Shown: positions 1 through 13,590 of the stretch, in pieces
How the letters are laid out: each line of letters opens with the position of its first letter
How positions within the stretch are numbered: position 1 is the stretch's first letter
Assembly: GCA_963764715.1 (NCBI GenBank)
Contig: CAVXTP010000001.1
Span: forward strand, 1-64,000
DNA from: an uncultured Acidobacteriota bacterium
GTDB lineage: Bacteria; Acidobacteriota; Thermoanaerobaculia; UBA5066; Gp7-AA6
DNA length: 64,000 bases
Direction: 5' to 3'
Notes under the pieces: generated by a model
What the model saw: only the letters and a program-made list of their open reading frames with translations
Told to the model about the DNA's origin: nothing
The model's database searches: none
Position numbers and translations under genes: made by a program

Positions 1-2259
<2,259 letters not shown>

Positions 2260-2263
<4 letters not shown>

Positions 2264-3654
2264 GCGAGACGACTCCTCCCCGCTCGGGCGCCAAGCCCGC
2301 CCCGTCGGGCGCGATCCTCGCCCCGGGCTACTCGTTCACGACGCTGACGGACAAGCTCGCGTCGATCGCGCTCTCGCGCCGGACGCCGCTCGTCTGGTTC
2401 ATCGGGATCGGCATCGGCTTCTCCCTGATGATGGTCCTCCTCGGCGCCCTCGGGTACCTGCTCGTCAAGGGCATCGGGATCTGGGGCGTGAACCAGCCCG
2501 TCGGCTGGGGATTCGAGATCGTGAACTTCGTCTGGTGGATCGGCATCGGCCACGCCGGCACGCTGATCTCGGCGATCCTGCTCCTCCTGCGCCAGCCGTG
2601 GCGCAACTCGATCAACCGCTTCGCGGAGGCGATGACGATCTTCGCCGTCGCCTGCGCCGGCCTCTACCCCGCCTTCCACACCGGCCGGCCCTGGCTCGAC
2701 TACTGGCTGCTGCCCTACCCGAACACGATGGGCATGTGGCCCAACTTCCGCAGCCCGCTGATCTGGGACGTCTTCGCCGTCTCGACGTACGCGACGGTGT
2801 CGCTGCTCTTCTGGTACGTCGGCATGATCCCGGACCTCGCGACGCTGCGCGACCGGGCCAAGAAGCTGTGGGCCAGGATCCTCTACGGCATGCTCGCCAT
2901 GGGCTGGCGCGGGTCGGCCCGGCACTGGCACCGGTACGAGACGGCCTCGCTCCTCCTCGCGGGCCTCGCGACACCCCTCGTCGTCTCGGTCCACACCGTC
3001 GTGTCGTTCGACTTCGCGGCCGGCATCGTGCCCGGCTGGCACGCGACGATCTTCCCGCCCTACTTCGTGGCCGGCGCCATCTACGCCGGCTTCGCGATGG
3101 TCCTGACGCTCGCGATCCCGCTCCGGAAAGTCTACGGGCTCGAGGACTTCATCACCCTCAAGCACCTCGACAACATGGCCAAGATCCTCCTCGCGACGGG
3201 GCTGATCGTCGGCTACGGCTACCTCGTCGAGGCCTTCATGTCCTTCTACAGCGGCAACCCCTACGAGCGCTTCATGATCTGGAACCGGATGCACGGCCCG
3301 TACAAGCACATGTACTGGCTGCTTCTCTTCTGCAACCTCCTCGCGCCGCAGGCGCTGTGGTTCCGCAAGGTCCGGCACAACATCCCGGCCCTCTTCGGCA
3401 TGGCGATGATCGTCAACGTCGGCATGTGGCTGGAGCGGTACGTCATCGTCGTCGTCAGCCTCTCGCGCGACTTCCTGCCGTCCTCCTGGGGCATGTACAA
3501 GGGGACGATCTTCGACTGGGCCACCTTCGTCGGCTCGATCGGCCTCTTCATCGCGCTGCTCTTCCTCTTCATCCGGCTCCTCCCGATGATCTCGATCTTC
3601 GAGATGCGGGCGATCCTGCCGGAGGCGAAGGTCGAGGGAGAGGAGAAGGAATGA
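2260..3654 (+). CDS. actC: Alternative complex III subunit C (NrfD/polysulfide reductase membrane subunit)
   Basis: NFVWWIGIGHAGTLISAIL, INRFAEAMT, SVHTVVSFDFA and WHATIFPPYFVAGAI motifs; ATG at 2260 follows GGAGG. Confidence 0.93.
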
Positions 3655-4187
3655 CCGCCGCCAAGCTCTACGGCCTGATGGCCGAGTTCGAGAATCCGCA
3701 CGACCTCGTCGAGGCCACGCGGACGGTCCGCGAGGCCGGGTTCACGAAGCTCGACGCCTACTCGCCGTACCCGATCGAGGCGCTGACCGAGGCGCTCGAC
3801 ATCCACGACCGGAAGCTCCCGGCGGTCGTGCTCGGCGGCGGCATCCTCGGCGGGCTCTGCGGCTACGCCCTGTGCTACTGGACCTCCGTCATCGCCTACC
3901 CGCTCAACATCGGCGGCAAGCCCTTCCACAGCGCGCCGGCCTTCATCGTCCCGACCTTCGAGACGACGATCCTCTTCGCCGCATTCTCGGCCGTCCTCGG
4001 CATGCTGGCCTTGAACGGCCTCCCGATGCCCTACCACCCCGTCTTCAACTCCCCGCGCTTCGCGCTCGCCTCGCGCGACCGCTTTTTCCTCTGCATCGAG
4101 GCGCGCGACCCGAAGTTCGATCACGACGAGACCTGGGCCTTCCTGACCAGGCTCGGGCCGCGGGTCGTCATGGACGTGGAGGAGTAG
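3651..4187 (+). CDS. actD: Alternative complex III subunit D (DUF3341)
   Basis: YGLMAEF...DAYSPYPI...YPLNIGGKP...PAFIVPTFETTIL; ATGA overlap with actC. Confidence 0.9.
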   Translation: MTAAKLYGLMAEFENPHDLVEATRTVREAGFTKLDAYSPYPIEALTEALDIHDRKLPAVVLGGGILGGLCGYALCYWTSVIAYPLNIGGKPFHSAPAFIVPTFETTILFAAFSAVLGMLALNGLPMPYHPVFNSPRFALASRDRFFLCIEARDPKFDHDETWAFLTRLGPRVVMDVEE

Positions 4188-4189
4188 GG

Positions 4190-4861
4190 TTGCGACGCGC
4201 TCTGCCGATCCTGCTCCTCGCGGCCGCGGCCTCGCTCGCCGGCTGCCGCCGCGACATGCAGGACCAGCCGAAGTACAAGGACCTGCGCGGGTCCGCGTTC
4301 TTCGAGGACCGCCGCGCGGCGCGGCCGGTCGTCGAGGACACGGTCGCCCGGGGGCTCCCGTACGGCGACACCGTGTTCCTGACGGGCAAGTCGAACGGCC
4401 AGCCGGTCGCCGAGCTGCCCGTGCCGCTGACCCGGGAGCTCCTGGCGCGCGGGCAGGAGCGGTACGGCATCTTCTGCACGCCCTGCCACGGCCTGACCGG
4501 CAACGGGCTCGGGATCGTCGTCCAGCGCGGCTATCGGCAGCCGCCGTCGTACGCGATCGACCGGCTGCGCGCGGCGCCCGTGGGCTACTTCTTCGACGTC
4601 ATGACCAACGGCTTCGGCGCGATGATGGACTACCGGGCGCAGATCCCGCCGGCGGACCGCTGGGCGATCGCGGCCTACGTGCGCGCTCTCCAGCTCTCCC
4701 AGAGCGCCACGCTCGCGGACGTGCCGGCCGAGGCCCGCGGTCCGCTCGAGAGCCCCGACGCCCCGCCGAAGCCGGCGCCCCTGCCCGTCGGCGCCGACGA
4801 CTGGAAGAAGGCCGTCGAGATCGAGAAGGAGTTTTCGCAGCCCGGAGGCGAGAAACACTGA
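4190..4861 (+). CDS. actE: Alternative complex III monoheme cytochrome c lipoprotein subunit E
   Basis: Probable TTG start, lipobox LAGC, DMQDQPK, single CxxCH (CTPCH). Confidence 0.88.
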   Translation: MRRALPILLLAAAASLAGCRRDMQDQPKYKDLRGSAFFEDRRAARPVVEDTVARGLPYGDTVFLTGKSNGQPVAELPVPLTRELLARGQERYGIFCTPCHGLTGNGLGIVVQRGYRQPPSYAIDRLRAAPVGYFFDVMTNGFGAMMDYRAQIPPADRWAIAAYVRALQLSQSATLADVPAEARGPLESPDAPPKPAPLPVGADDWKKAVEIEKEFSQPGGEKH

Positions 4862-6048
4862 TGGACGTCTCGAACGATCCCCGCCTCCCGGAGACGACCG
4901 GCCGCGCCGCCCGGCGCGCGCTCATCGTCGGCGTGCTCGCGCTCGCCGTCTCCATCGTGGGCGCGTTCAAGGACCCGACCCAGTTCCACCGGTCGTACCT
5001 GGCGGCCTTCGTCTTCTGGAACGGCCTCGCCGTCGGGTCGCTCGCGGTCCTCATGCTGCAGTACCTGACGGGCGGCGCCTGGGGCATCGCCATCCGGCGC
5101 GAGCTCGAGGCCGCCACGCGCACGCTCCCGCTCTGCGCCGTGCTCTTCGTCCCGGTCGCCCTCGGGATGCACCGCGTCTACGAGTGGACCCACGCGGACC
5201 TCGTCGCCAAAGACGAGCTCCTGCGGAAGAAGGCGGCCTACCTGAACGAGCCCTTCTTCCTGGTGCGCGCGGCCGCGGCGTTCGCCGGCTGGCTGCTGCT
5301 CGCGTACTTCCTCGGGAAGTGGTCGCGGCAGCAGGACGCGGCCGACGAGCACCGGCTCCTCGACCGCAAGCTGCAGCTCCTGTCGGGGGGCGGGCTCGTC
5401 TTCTACGCGCTCTCGGTCACCTGGACGTCGGTCGACTGGGTGATGTCGCTCGAGCCCCACTGGTACTCGACGATGTACGGCGTGATCTTCATGGTCAACC
5501 AGGCGCTCGGGGCGCTCGCGCTGGCGGCCCTCGCGGTCCTGCGCCTCGCGCCGCTCCAGCCGTTGAAGTCGTTCCTCGGCGGCCGGCACCTCCACGACCT
5601 CGGCAAGATGATGTTCGCCTTCGTGATGATCTGGGCGTACGTCAACTTCTCCCAGTACCTGATCGTCTGGTCCGGCAACCTCCCGGAGGAGATCGGCTGG
5701 TACCTCGCGCGGTTCCGCGGCGGCTGGGGCGCGCTCGGGCTCGCCATCCTGCTGTTCCACTTCGTCCTGCCGTTCCTGCTGCTCCTCTCGCGGCAGGCGA
5801 ACCGGAGCCCGCGCCTTCTCGGCGAGGCGGCGGCGCTGCTCGTCGTCATGCGGTTCCTCGACGTCGCCTGGCTCGTCCTGCCGGCCTTCTCGGCCGGCGC
5901 GTTCCGCATCCACTGGCTCGACCTGACCGTGCCGGTGGGCCTCGGCGGACTGTGGGTGTCCTTCTACGCCCGCAACCTCGCCGCCCGCCCGCTCCTGCCC
6001 GCCCACGACCCCGGCTTCGAGGAGGCGCTCGCGCATGGCCGCGGATAG
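4861..6048 (+). CDS. actF: Alternative complex III membrane subunit F
   Basis: Polytopic membrane protein with DWVMSLEPHWYSTMYG and SQYLIVWSGNLPEEI; position in the act operon. Confidence 0.88.
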   Translation: MDVSNDPRLPETTGRAARRALIVGVLALAVSIVGAFKDPTQFHRSYLAAFVFWNGLAVGSLAVLMLQYLTGGAWGIAIRRELEAATRTLPLCAVLFVPVALGMHRVYEWTHADLVAKDELLRKKAAYLNEPFFLVRAAAAFAGWLLLAYFLGKWSRQQDAADEHRLLDRKLQLLSGGGLVFYALSVTWTSVDWVMSLEPHWYSTMYGVIFMVNQALGALALAALAVLRLAPLQPLKSFLGGRHLHDLGKMMFAFVMIWAYVNFSQYLIVWSGNLPEEIGWYLARFRGGWGALGLAILLFHFVLPFLLLLSRQANRSPRLLGEAAALLVVMRFLDVAWLVLPAFSAGAFRIHWLDLTVPVGLGGLWVSFYARNLAARPLLPAHDPGFEEALAHGRG

Positions 6049-6481
6049 CCGCAAGCCCAACGCCCACGGCGTGGCCGCCGAGCCCGACGTGGTGAAGACG
6101 TCGGTCGCGGTCGGTCTCGGGATCGTGCTCGTGGGCGCCGCCATCGCCGGCGCGCTCCTGACGTTCCTGGTGTTCCGGCGCCACGAAAAGAGCGAGGTGA
6201 AGAAGGACGAGGCCTCGATCGCCGCCGCGGGAATGGAGCGGCGGGAGGACGCCGCGCCGCCGCTGCCGAGGCTCCAGGTCCAGCCGGTCCGCCACTGGAG
6301 GGAGTTCCGCTCCGCGGAGATGGATCGCCTCGCGACCTACGGCTGGATGGACCGGACCTCGGGCGTCGTGCACATCCCGATCGACCGCGCGATGGACCTC
6401 GTCGCCGAGCGCGGCATCGCGCCGCTCGCGCCGCTCGTGCCGCCGCCCGCGCCGACGCCCGGCGTAGAGGTGAAGAAGTGA
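6035..6481 (+). CDS. Small single-TM ACIII accessory subunit (ActG-like)
   Basis: One TM helix, C-terminal YGWMDRTSGVVHIPIDRAM; lies between actF and sco. Confidence 0.65.
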   Translation: MAADSRKPNAHGVAAEPDVVKTSVAVGLGIVLVGAAIAGALLTFLVFRRHEKSEVKKDEASIAAAGMERREDAAPPLPRLQVQPVRHWREFRSAEMDRLATYGWMDRTSGVVHIPIDRAMDLVAERGIAPLAPLVPPPAPTPGVEVKK

Positions 6482-7338
6482 AGCGCGTCGCCCCCGCTCT
6501 CGGCGTCCTGGCGGCGCTCGCGCTTTCGGCGTCCCTTCGCGCCCAGTCCGCCATGGCGCCGCCGCCGGGACAGATCGTGCGGGCCGACGAGAAGCCCGCG
6601 ATGCTGAAGGACATCGGGATCGACCAGCGCCTCAACGAGAGCCTTCCGCTCGCGCTCCCCTTTCGCGACGAGGCCGGACGGACGGTCGCGCTCGGCGACT
6701 TCTTCGGGAAGCGCCCCGTCATCCTCGCCCTCGTCTATTACAACTGCCCGATGCTCTGCACCCAGGTCCTGAACGGCCTCGTCGCGTCCCTGAACGTCAT
6801 GTCGCTCGAGGCCGGGCGCGATTTCGACGTCGTGGCCGTCAGCTTCGACACGCGCGAGACGCCGGCGATGGCCGCGGCCAAGAAGGAGGCCTACCTGTCG
6901 CGCTACAAGCACCCCGCGGCGAGCGCGGGCTGGCACTTCCTGACCGGGGACGCCGCGTCGGTCGAGGCGCTGACGAAGGCCGCCGGGTTCCGGTACCGCT
7001 ACGACGAGAAGCTCGAGCAGTTCGCGCACGTCAGCGCGATCATGGTCGCGACTCCCGAAGGCCGCCTCGCCCGTTACTTCTACGGCATCGAGTACGCCCC
7101 GCGGGACCTGCGGCTCGGGCTCGTCGAGGCCTCGGCCGGGCGCATCGGGACGCCCGTCGACCAGGTCCTCCTCTACTGCTTCCACTACGACCCGGCGAGC
7201 GGCAAGTACGGGGCCGTCATCGTCAACATCATTCGCCTCGCCGGCCTGGCGACCGTCGTCCTGATCGGGCTCGGGATGCTGGCGATGTCCCGCCGCCGGG
7301 CCCGAGCGCTCGCCGCCGCGCACGGAGAGGTCCGCTGA
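6478..7338 (+). CDS. SCO family copper chaperone
   Basis: Signal peptide, CPMLC (CxxxC) motif, FAH His, C-terminal TM. Confidence 0.9.
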   Translation: MKRVAPALGVLAALALSASLRAQSAMAPPPGQIVRADEKPAMLKDIGIDQRLNESLPLALPFRDEAGRTVALGDFFGKRPVILALVYYNCPMLCTQVLNGLVASLNVMSLEAGRDFDVVAVSFDTRETPAMAAAKKEAYLSRYKHPAASAGWHFLTGDAASVEALTKAAGFRYRYDEKLEQFAHVSAIMVATPEGRLARYFYGIEYAPRDLRLGLVEASAGRIGTPVDQVLLYCFHYDPASGKYGAVIVNIIRLAGLATVVLIGLGMLAMSRRRARALAAAHGEVR

Positions 7339-8339
7339 TGCCGCAGATCTGGCCGGAGCAGGCATCCTCGTTCGCCCCGCACGTCGACGCGCTCTACGGC
7401 TTCATGATCGCCGTCACGGCGTTCTTCTCGATCCTGATCGGGACGCTCGTCGTCGTCTTCGCGATCAAGTACCGCCGCCGCGCCGGACACGAGGTGGCCA
7501 CCGAGATTCACGAGTCGGGCACGCTCGAGATCGCCTGGACGATCGTCCCGTTCCTGATCGTGCTCGTCATGTTCTTCTGGGGCGCGTCCGTCTGGTTCCG
7601 CATCACGCGGCCCCCCGCCAACGCGATCGACGTCTACGTCACGGCCAAGCAGTGGATGTGGAAGATCCAGCACGCCGACGGCCACCGGGAGATGAACGAG
7701 CTCCACGTGCCCGTCGGCCAGGCGGTGCGCCTGACGATGGCGTCCGAGGACGTCATCCACAGCTTCTTCGTGCCGGCCTTCCGCTTCAAGCGGGACGTCG
7801 TCCCGGGCCGGTTCTCGACGGCCTGGTTCCAGGCCACGAAGCCCGGGAAGTACCATCTCTTCTGCGCCGAGTACTGCGGGACCCGCCACTCCGGGATGAT
7901 CGGCTGGATCTACGCCATGACGCCGGCCGACTACCAGGCCTGGGTCGCGGGCGGCACGGCCGGCGAGTCGCTCGCGGCGGCCGGGGCCAAGCGGTTCGTC
8001 GAACAGGCCTGCAACAACTGCCACGGCGAGGTGAAGGGGGCGCGCGGGCCGTCGCTCATCGGCATCTTCGGCAAGCCCGTGCGCACCCAGGCCGGGACCG
8101 TCCTCGTCGACGAGGCGTACGTGCGCGAGTCGATCACCAACCCGCAGGCGAAGCTCGTCGAGGGCTTCCCGCCCATCATGCCGACCTACCAGGGCCTCAT
8201 CAGCGAGGAGGGTCTCCTGCAGCTGACGGCCTACATCAAATCCCTGTCTCCCGCGGCCGCCTCGGCGCCGGCCGCCGCGCCGGCCGTCCCGGCGCCCGCC
8301 GCCGTCGCCGCGCCGGAAAGGAAGCCCGCAAAGCCATGA
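7338..8339 (+). CDS. coxB: Cytochrome c oxidase subunit II with fused cytochrome c (caa3 type)
   Basis: CuA motif DVIHSF...[12 protein letters not shown]; C-terminal CNNCH heme c site. Confidence 0.95.
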   Translation: MPQIWPEQASSFAPHVDALYGFMIAVTAFFSILIGTLVVVFAIKYRRRAGHEVATEIHESGTLEIAWTIVPFLIVLVMFFWGASVWFRITRPPANAIDVYVTAKQWMWKIQHADGHREMNELHVPVGQAVRLTMASEDVIHSFFVPAFRFKRDVVPGRFSTAWFQATKPGKYHLFCAEYCGTRHSGMIGWIYAMTPADYQAWVAGGTAGESLAAAGAKRFVEQACNNCHGEVKGARGPSLIGIFGKPVRTQAGTVLVDEAYVRESITNPQAKLVEGFPPIMPTYQGLISEEGLLQLTAYIKSLSPAAASAPAAAPAVPAPAAVAAPERKPAKP

Positions 8340-9970
8340 GCGACAACGCCCCCGTCGAATCCGCGGTCCGCCGCCCGAACTACCTGAACTCGAGCTACGG
8401 CGTGAAGTCCTGGCTCCTGACGCAGGACCACAAGCGGATCGCGATCCTGTACCTGATCGGCGTCACGTTCTTCTTCGCCATCGGCGGGCTCTACGCCGCC
8501 GCGATCCGCCTCGAGCTCCTGACGCCGGCCGGCGACTTCTTCCAGTCCGAGACGTACAACAAGATGTTCACCACGCACGGCGTGATGATGGTGTTCTTCT
8601 TCATGATCCCGGGCATCCCGGGCGTCCTCGGCAACTTCCTCATTCCCCTGATGATCGGCGCCAAGGACGTGGCCTTCCCGCGGCTGAACCTCCTGTCCTG
8701 GTACCTGATGGTCGTCGGCGGCCTGATCTCGCTGTGGGCCGTGGTCCATGGCGGCGTCGACACGGGCTGGACCTTCTACACGCCCTACTCGACCGTCTAC
8801 TCGAACGGCTGGGTCGTCGTCACCGCGGTCGGGATCTTCATCGCAGGGTTCTCGTCGATCCTGACGGGGCTCAACTTCCTCGTCACGATCCACACGATGC
8901 GCGCGCCCGGGATGGGCTGGGCGCGGATGCCGCTCTTCTGCTGGGGCATGTACGCGACGGCGCTCATCCAGATCCTGGGCACGCCGGTCGTCGCGATCAC
9001 GATCCTGCTCGTCGGGGCCGAGCGGCTCTTCCACCTCGGCATCTTCGACCCCGCGCAGGGCGGGGACCCCGTGCTCTTCCAGCACCTGTTCTGGTTCTAC
9101 TCCCACCCCGCCGTCTACATCATGGTGCTGCCGGCCATGGCGGTCATCTCGGAGCTCGTCACGGCCTTCGCCCGCAAGCCGATCTTCGGGTACAAGTTCA
9201 TCGCCGCGTCCTCGGTCACGATCGCCGGCCTCTCGTTCCTGGTCTGGGGCCACCACATGTTCGTGTCGGGCCAGTCGGTCTACGCCGGCCTCGTGTTCTC
9301 GATCCTGTCCTTCATGGTCGGCGTGCCGTCGGCGATCAAGGTCTTCAACTGGACGGCGACCCTGTACAAGGGCTCGGTGTCGTACCAGACGCCGCTCCTC
9401 TACGCCCTCGGCTTCATCGGCCTCTTCACGTTCGGCGGGCTGACGGGCCTCTTCCTCGCGGCGCTCGGCCTCGACATCCACGTGCACGACACGTACTTCA
9501 TCGTCGCGCACTTCCACTACATCATGGTCGGCGGCACGATCATGGCGTACCTCGGCGGGCTCCACTACTGGTGGCCCAAGATCTCCGGCAAGCTGTACCC
9601 GGAGTACTGGTCGCGCGTCTCGGCGTGGGTCATCTTCATCGGCTTCAACCTGACTTTCTTCCCGCAGTTCATCGCGGGCTACATGGGCATGCCCCGGCGC
9701 TACCACGCCTATCCCGAGGAGTTCCAGGTCTTGAACGTCATGTCGACGGCGGGCGCCTCGATCCTCGGCATCGGGTACCTGATCCCGCTCGTCTACTTCG
9801 CCTGGTCCATGCGATACGGCAAGGACGCGGCCGACAATCCCTGGGGCGCGACGGGCCTCGAGTGGCAGACGCCCTCGCCGCCGCCGACCGAGAACTTCCC
9901 GGAGACGCCCGTCGTCACGGGCCGTCCCTACGACTACCTGACCGGACACGAGGAGCCCGCCGTTGGCTGA
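8336..9970 (+). CDS. coxA: Cytochrome c oxidase subunit I (type A2 heme-copper oxidase)
   Basis: ATG at 8336; [15 protein letters not shown] (YS motif marks type A2), WGHHM, VAHFHY, GMPRRY. Confidence 0.96.
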   Translation: MSDNAPVESAVRRPNYLNSSYGVKSWLLTQDHKRIAILYLIGVTFFFAIGGLYAAAIRLELLTPAGDFFQSETYNKMFTTHGVMMVFFFMIPGIPGVLGNFLIPLMIGAKDVAFPRLNLLSWYLMVVGGLISLWAVVHGGVDTGWTFYTPYSTVYSNGWVVVTAVGIFIAGFSSILTGLNFLVTIHTMRAPGMGWARMPLFCWGMYATALIQILGTPVVAITILLVGAERLFHLGIFDPAQGGDPVLFQHLFWFYSHPAVYIMVLPAMAVISELVTAFARKPIFGYKFIAASSVTIAGLSFLVWGHHMFVSGQSVYAGLVFSILSFMVGVPSAIKVFNWTATLYKGSVSYQTPLLYALGFIGLFTFGGLTGLFLAALGLDIHVHDTYFIVAHFHYIMVGGTIMAYLGGLHYWWPKISGKLYPEYWSRVSAWVIFIGFNLTFFPQFIAGYMGMPRRYHAYPEEFQVLNVMSTAGASILGIGYLIPLVYFAWSMRYGKDAADNPWGATGLEWQTPSPPPTENFPETPVVTGRPYDYLTGHEEPAVG

Positions 9971-10658
9971 CGCGCACGCCCACGCCGCCGCCCACGACAC
10001 GCCGCCCGAGCTCAAGCACCACTTCGTGGACCTCGAGGCCCAGCGGACGGCCTCGACGCTCGGGATGTGGGTCTTCCTCGTCACCGAGGTCCTCTTCTTC
10101 GGCGGCCTCTTCACGGCCTACGTCATCTACCGGGCCACGTACCGGCACGCCTTCGAGGGGGCCTCGAACCTCCTCGACATCAAGCTCGGCGCGTTCAACA
10201 CGGCGGTCCTGATCCTCTCGTCGCTGACGATGGCGCTGGCGGTCTGGGCGTCGTCGCAGGGGAAGAAGAAGGCCCTGATCCTCTTCCTCGTGCTGACGGT
10301 CCTCCTCGGCTCCGTGTTCCTCGGGGTCAAGGTCGTCGAGTACGCCCAGAAGTTCGAGCACCACGAGGTCCCGGGCCCCGCCTTCGTCGTCCCCCTCGAC
10401 GAGAAGACCCACCAGCCCCTGCCACGGCAGACCGAGATGTTCTTCTCGCTCTACTTCTGCATGACCGGGCTCCACGCCCTCCACATGATCATCGGGATCG
10501 GCCTGCTGACCTGGCTGATCGTCAAGGCGCAGGCCGGCGCGTTCTCGCCCCGCTACAACACCCCCGTCGACATGGTCGGCCTCTACTGGCACTTCGTCGA
10601 CATCGTCTGGATCTTCCTGTTTCCGCTGCTCTATCTGCTCGGGAGGCACACGCTGTGA
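9963..10658 (+). CDS. coxC: Cytochrome c oxidase subunit III
   Basis: [45 protein letters not shown]. Confidence 0.94.
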   Translation: MADAHAHAAAHDTPPELKHHFVDLEAQRTASTLGMWVFLVTEVLFFGGLFTAYVIYRATYRHAFEGASNLLDIKLGAFNTAVLILSSLTMALAVWASSQGKKKALILFLVLTVLLGSVFLGVKVVEYAQKFEHHEVPGPAFVVPLDEKTHQPLPRQTEMFFSLYFCMTGLHALHMIIGIGLLTWLIVKAQAGAFSPRYNTPVDMVGLYWHFVDIVWIFLFPLLYLLGRHTL

Positions 10659-10960
10659 GCGACAAGACTCACGGTTCCGGAGTCGGGGCGTACCTCGGCG
10701 TCTTCGCGGCGCTGATGATCCTGACCGCGTTGACCGTCTGGGCCGCGTTCCAGCACCTCGGCATCTGGAACACGCCGCTCGCCCTCGGCATCGCGGTGAC
10801 CAAGGCGCTGCTCGTGGCCTGGATCTTCATGCACCTGCGGGGCTCGCCGCGGCTGACCCTCTTCGTCGTCTCGGCGAGCATCATCTTCCTCGGCTTCCTG
10901 ATCCTGATCACGGCGTCGGACTACTTCACGCGCGCCTGGGTCCCGATTTATTCGCGCTGA
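10655..10960 (+). CDS. coxD: Cytochrome c oxidase subunit IV
   Basis: GTG at 10655 overlaps the coxC stop; three TM helices; [12 protein letters not shown]. Confidence 0.88.
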   Translation: MSDKTHGSGVGAYLGVFAALMILTALTVWAAFQHLGIWNTPLALGIAVTKALLVAWIFMHLRGSPRLTLFVVSASIIFLGFLILITASDYFTRAWVPIYSR

Positions 10961-10963
10961 GCC

Positions 10964-12016
10964 GTGCGCGGCATCAGCGTGCTCCTCCTCGGTCTCCCGG
11001 GCGCGATCGCGTGCCGGGTCCTCCACGCCCCGGAGTGGACGATCTTCGCGGCTTCGGCGCTGGCACTGGTCCCGCTCGCGGCCTGGATCGGCCTCGCCAC
11101 CGAGCACGCGGCGGCCCGGCTGGGCAGCTCCCTCGGGGGTTTGCTCAATGCGACGTTCGGAAATGCCGCGGAGCTCATCATCACGCTCTTCGCTTTGCGG
11201 AGCGGACTGACGGACCTCGTGAAGGCGTCCATCACGGGCTCGATCATCGGCAACACCCTGCTCATCCTGGGGCTCTCCGCCTTTCTGGGCGGGATCAAGA
11301 ACGGCAGCCAGCAGTTCGAGGTCAAGACCGTGGGCCGTCATGCCGCGATGATGATCCTCGCCGTCTCGGCGTTGACGCTGCCCGCGGTGTTCGCGACCCT
11401 GGAGAAGAGCGCCTACATCCGCGAGGAAGTCTCCGTCGGCGTCTCGATCCTGCTGCTCGCGACCTACGGCGCGTACCTCTTCTATTCCTACTTCTCGCGG
11501 GAGGCCCGCGCGGCGGCGCCTGCCCACCCGGCCGAGACCGCCGGGAAAGCCTGGACCCTCCGCAAGTCGCTCTTCGTCCTGGCCGCGGCCGTCGTCGCGA
11601 CCGGGGCCGCGAGCGAGCTGCTCGTAGGCGCCATCGACCCGGTGTCGAAATCCCTCGGCCTCTCGCAGTTCTTCGTGGGCCTGATCGTGGTCCCGCTCGT
11701 CGGCAACGTGGCGGAGAACTACGGGGCGATCAAGTTCGCGCGCCGGAACCAGATGGAGCTCGCGCTCTCCATCGCGGCCAATTCGTCGACGCAGATCGCC
11801 GTGTTCGTGGCCCCTGTGCTCGTGCTCGCGAGCCTCTTCTTCCACCCCATGGACCTGGTCTTCCAGCCGATCGAGCTCGTGACGCTCTACGCCTCGACGG
11901 CGATCTTCGCCTACGTGTCGCTCGACGGCGAAACGAACTGGCTCGAGGGGTTCCAGCTCCTCGCGCTCTACCTGATCGCCGCGGTTTCCTTCTACTTCCT
12001 GCCCGGCCGGATCTGA
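10964..12016 (+). CDS. Ca2+/H+ antiporter (CAX/ChaA family)
   Basis: GGLLNATFGNAAEL, ASITGSIIGN, PLVGNVAE, DGETNWLEG motifs. Confidence 0.92.
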   Translation: MRGISVLLLGLPGAIACRVLHAPEWTIFAASALALVPLAAWIGLATEHAAARLGSSLGGLLNATFGNAAELIITLFALRSGLTDLVKASITGSIIGNTLLILGLSAFLGGIKNGSQQFEVKTVGRHAAMMILAVSALTLPAVFATLEKSAYIREEVSVGVSILLLATYGAYLFYSYFSREARAAAPAHPAETAGKAWTLRKSLFVLAAAVVATGAASELLVGAIDPVSKSLGLSQFFVGLIVVPLVGNVAENYGAIKFARRNQMELALSIAANSSTQIAVFVAPVLVLASLFFHPMDLVFQPIELVTLYASTAIFAYVSLDGETNWLEGFQLLALYLIAAVSFYFLPGRI

Positions 12017-12023
12017 GCCCGTC

Positions 12024-12932
12024 TCAGGCGATCGCCGGCTCGGTCTTTCGTCTCGTCGCCGCGAGCAGCACGGCCAGCAGGATGAGGGCCGCACCCGCGA
12101 GGACCCTCGGGGACAGCGACTCCCCGAGAACGAGGCTGCCGAGGACGACGGCGATGACGGTGTCGACGATCGGGATCGTCCCGATCACCGAGACCGGCAC
12201 GCGGTGCAGGAGCCAGAAGAGCCCGGCAAAGGGCAGCGCCGTCCCGAACAGGGCGAGATAGACGAGCGCTCCGACGGAGCTCGGCGTCCAGCGCATGACG
12301 GCGCCGGGCTCGAAGGCCGCCGCCAGCGCGAGCAGGAGGGCCGAGCCCGCGAGCGTCTGGAGCCAGACGTTCCAGACCGGCGGCACGGCCGAGAGGTACT
12401 TTTTGTTGTAGACGTTGGCGTACGCCGCGACGAGCGAGGCCGCGAGGATGAGCGCGCTGCCGGCGAGGAGCGGCCGCGTCTGCGCCGAGAAGAGGGTCGC
12501 CAGCGCCGGCGCCTCGATCACCGCGACGCCGCCGAGGCCGAGGATCGCGGAGCCCGCCGTCCGCGCGGTCAGCGGTTCGGCCGCGAGCATGAAGTGCGCG
12601 AAGAGCCCGGCGAAGATCGGAAACGTCGCGAAGAGGACCGCCGAGAGGCCCGAGTCGATCCACTGCTCCGCGAGGAAGATGCACGCGTAGTTGACGCCGA
12701 TCTGGAGGACGCCGCTCCAGAGGATGCGCCGCGTCCTTCCCCGCGCGCCCTCGCGGCCGCCCCGGGCGAGGGCGAAGGGCGCGAGCAGCGCGCAGGCGAG
12801 CGCCATGCGGACGCCGCCGAACCACAACGGCGGCAGGTCCCGCAGGCCGATCTTTATGACGAGCCACGTCGAGCCCCAGACCGCGCACAGCGCGACGTAC
12901 ATCGCGAGGCGGCGGCCCGAGAGCGCGGACAT
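12024..12932 (-). CDS. EamA/DMT family transporter
   Basis: Start MSALSGRR at 12932; VWGSTWLVIKIGL; about 10 TM helices; LGE near the C-terminus. Confidence 0.88.
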   Translation of the reverse strand: MSALSGRRLAMYVALCAVWGSTWLVIKIGLRDLPPLWFGGVRMALACALLAPFALARGGREGARGRTRRILWSGVLQIGVNYACIFLAEQWIDSGLSAVLFATFPIFAGLFAHFMLAAEPLTARTAGSAILGLGGVAVIEAPALATLFSAQTRPLLAGSALILAASLVAAYANVYNKKYLSAVPPVWNVWLQTLAGSALLLALAAAFEPGAVMRWTPSSVGALVYLALFGTALPFAGLFWLLHRVPVSVIGTIPIVDTVIAVVLGSLVLGESLSPRVLAGAALILLAVLLAATRRKTEPAIA

Positions 12933-12959
12933 GGTCGCGCATCCTATAGAATTCGCGCG

Positions 12960-13457
12960 ATGTTCGAGGCCACGATCGACCACAGCCGCGGGAAATCGGC
13001 GCTCTACGGCGATCTCGCCGCCTCGCTCGCCGCGATGCTCGAGGGCGAGTCGGACCCCGTGGCCAACCTGGCGAACGCGTCGGGACTGCTCGCGCAGGCC
13101 CTCGACCGCATCAACTGGTGCGGCTTCTACCTGCTGCGCTCGGGCGAGCTCGTCCTCGGACCCTTCCAGGGCAAGCCCGCCTGCGTGCGCATCGCGATGG
13201 GCCAGGGCGTCTGCGGAACCGCCGCCGCGCGGCGCGCGACACTCGTCGTTCCGGATGTCAACGCGTTTCCGGGACACATTGCCTGCGACGCGGCCTCGCG
13301 CTCGGAGATCGTGGTCCCGATCCTCGACGGCGGGTCGCTCCGCGGCGTCCTCGACGTGGACGCGCCCGAGCCCGGCCGCTTCGACGCCGAGGACCAGGCG
13401 GGGCTCGAGGAATTCGTCCGCGTGCTGACGCCGCGAGTGGCCTGGACGAAGCTCTAG
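12960..13457 (+). CDS. msrC: GAF-domain free methionine-R-sulfoxide reductase
   Basis: NWCGFY, LGPFQGKPACVRI, GVCGTAA, FPGHIACDAASRSEIVVP. Confidence 0.9.
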   Translation: MFEATIDHSRGKSALYGDLAASLAAMLEGESDPVANLANASGLLAQALDRINWCGFYLLRSGELVLGPFQGKPACVRIAMGQGVCGTAAARRATLVVPDVNAFPGHIACDAASRSEIVVPILDGGSLRGVLDVDAPEPGRFDAEDQAGLEEFVRVLTPRVAWTKL

Positions 13458-13472
13458 GAGCGGCTTTCTAAG

Positions 13473-13561
13473 GGGGTCAGGTCTTCATTTTTCGGATCTC
13501 GGTTCCTGCGTCGCGTGAGCAAGACTCGCCTGAGATCTCGAAAAAGTGAAGACCTGACCCC
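13473..13561. repeat. Long inverted-repeat element (GGGGTCAGGTCTTCA family), copy 1
   Basis: ggggtcaggtcttcatttttc ... gaaaaagtgaagacctgacccc between convergent genes. Confidence 0.85.
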
Positions 13562-13590
13562 GACCTCGTCTCGACGACCGTTCCGACGGT

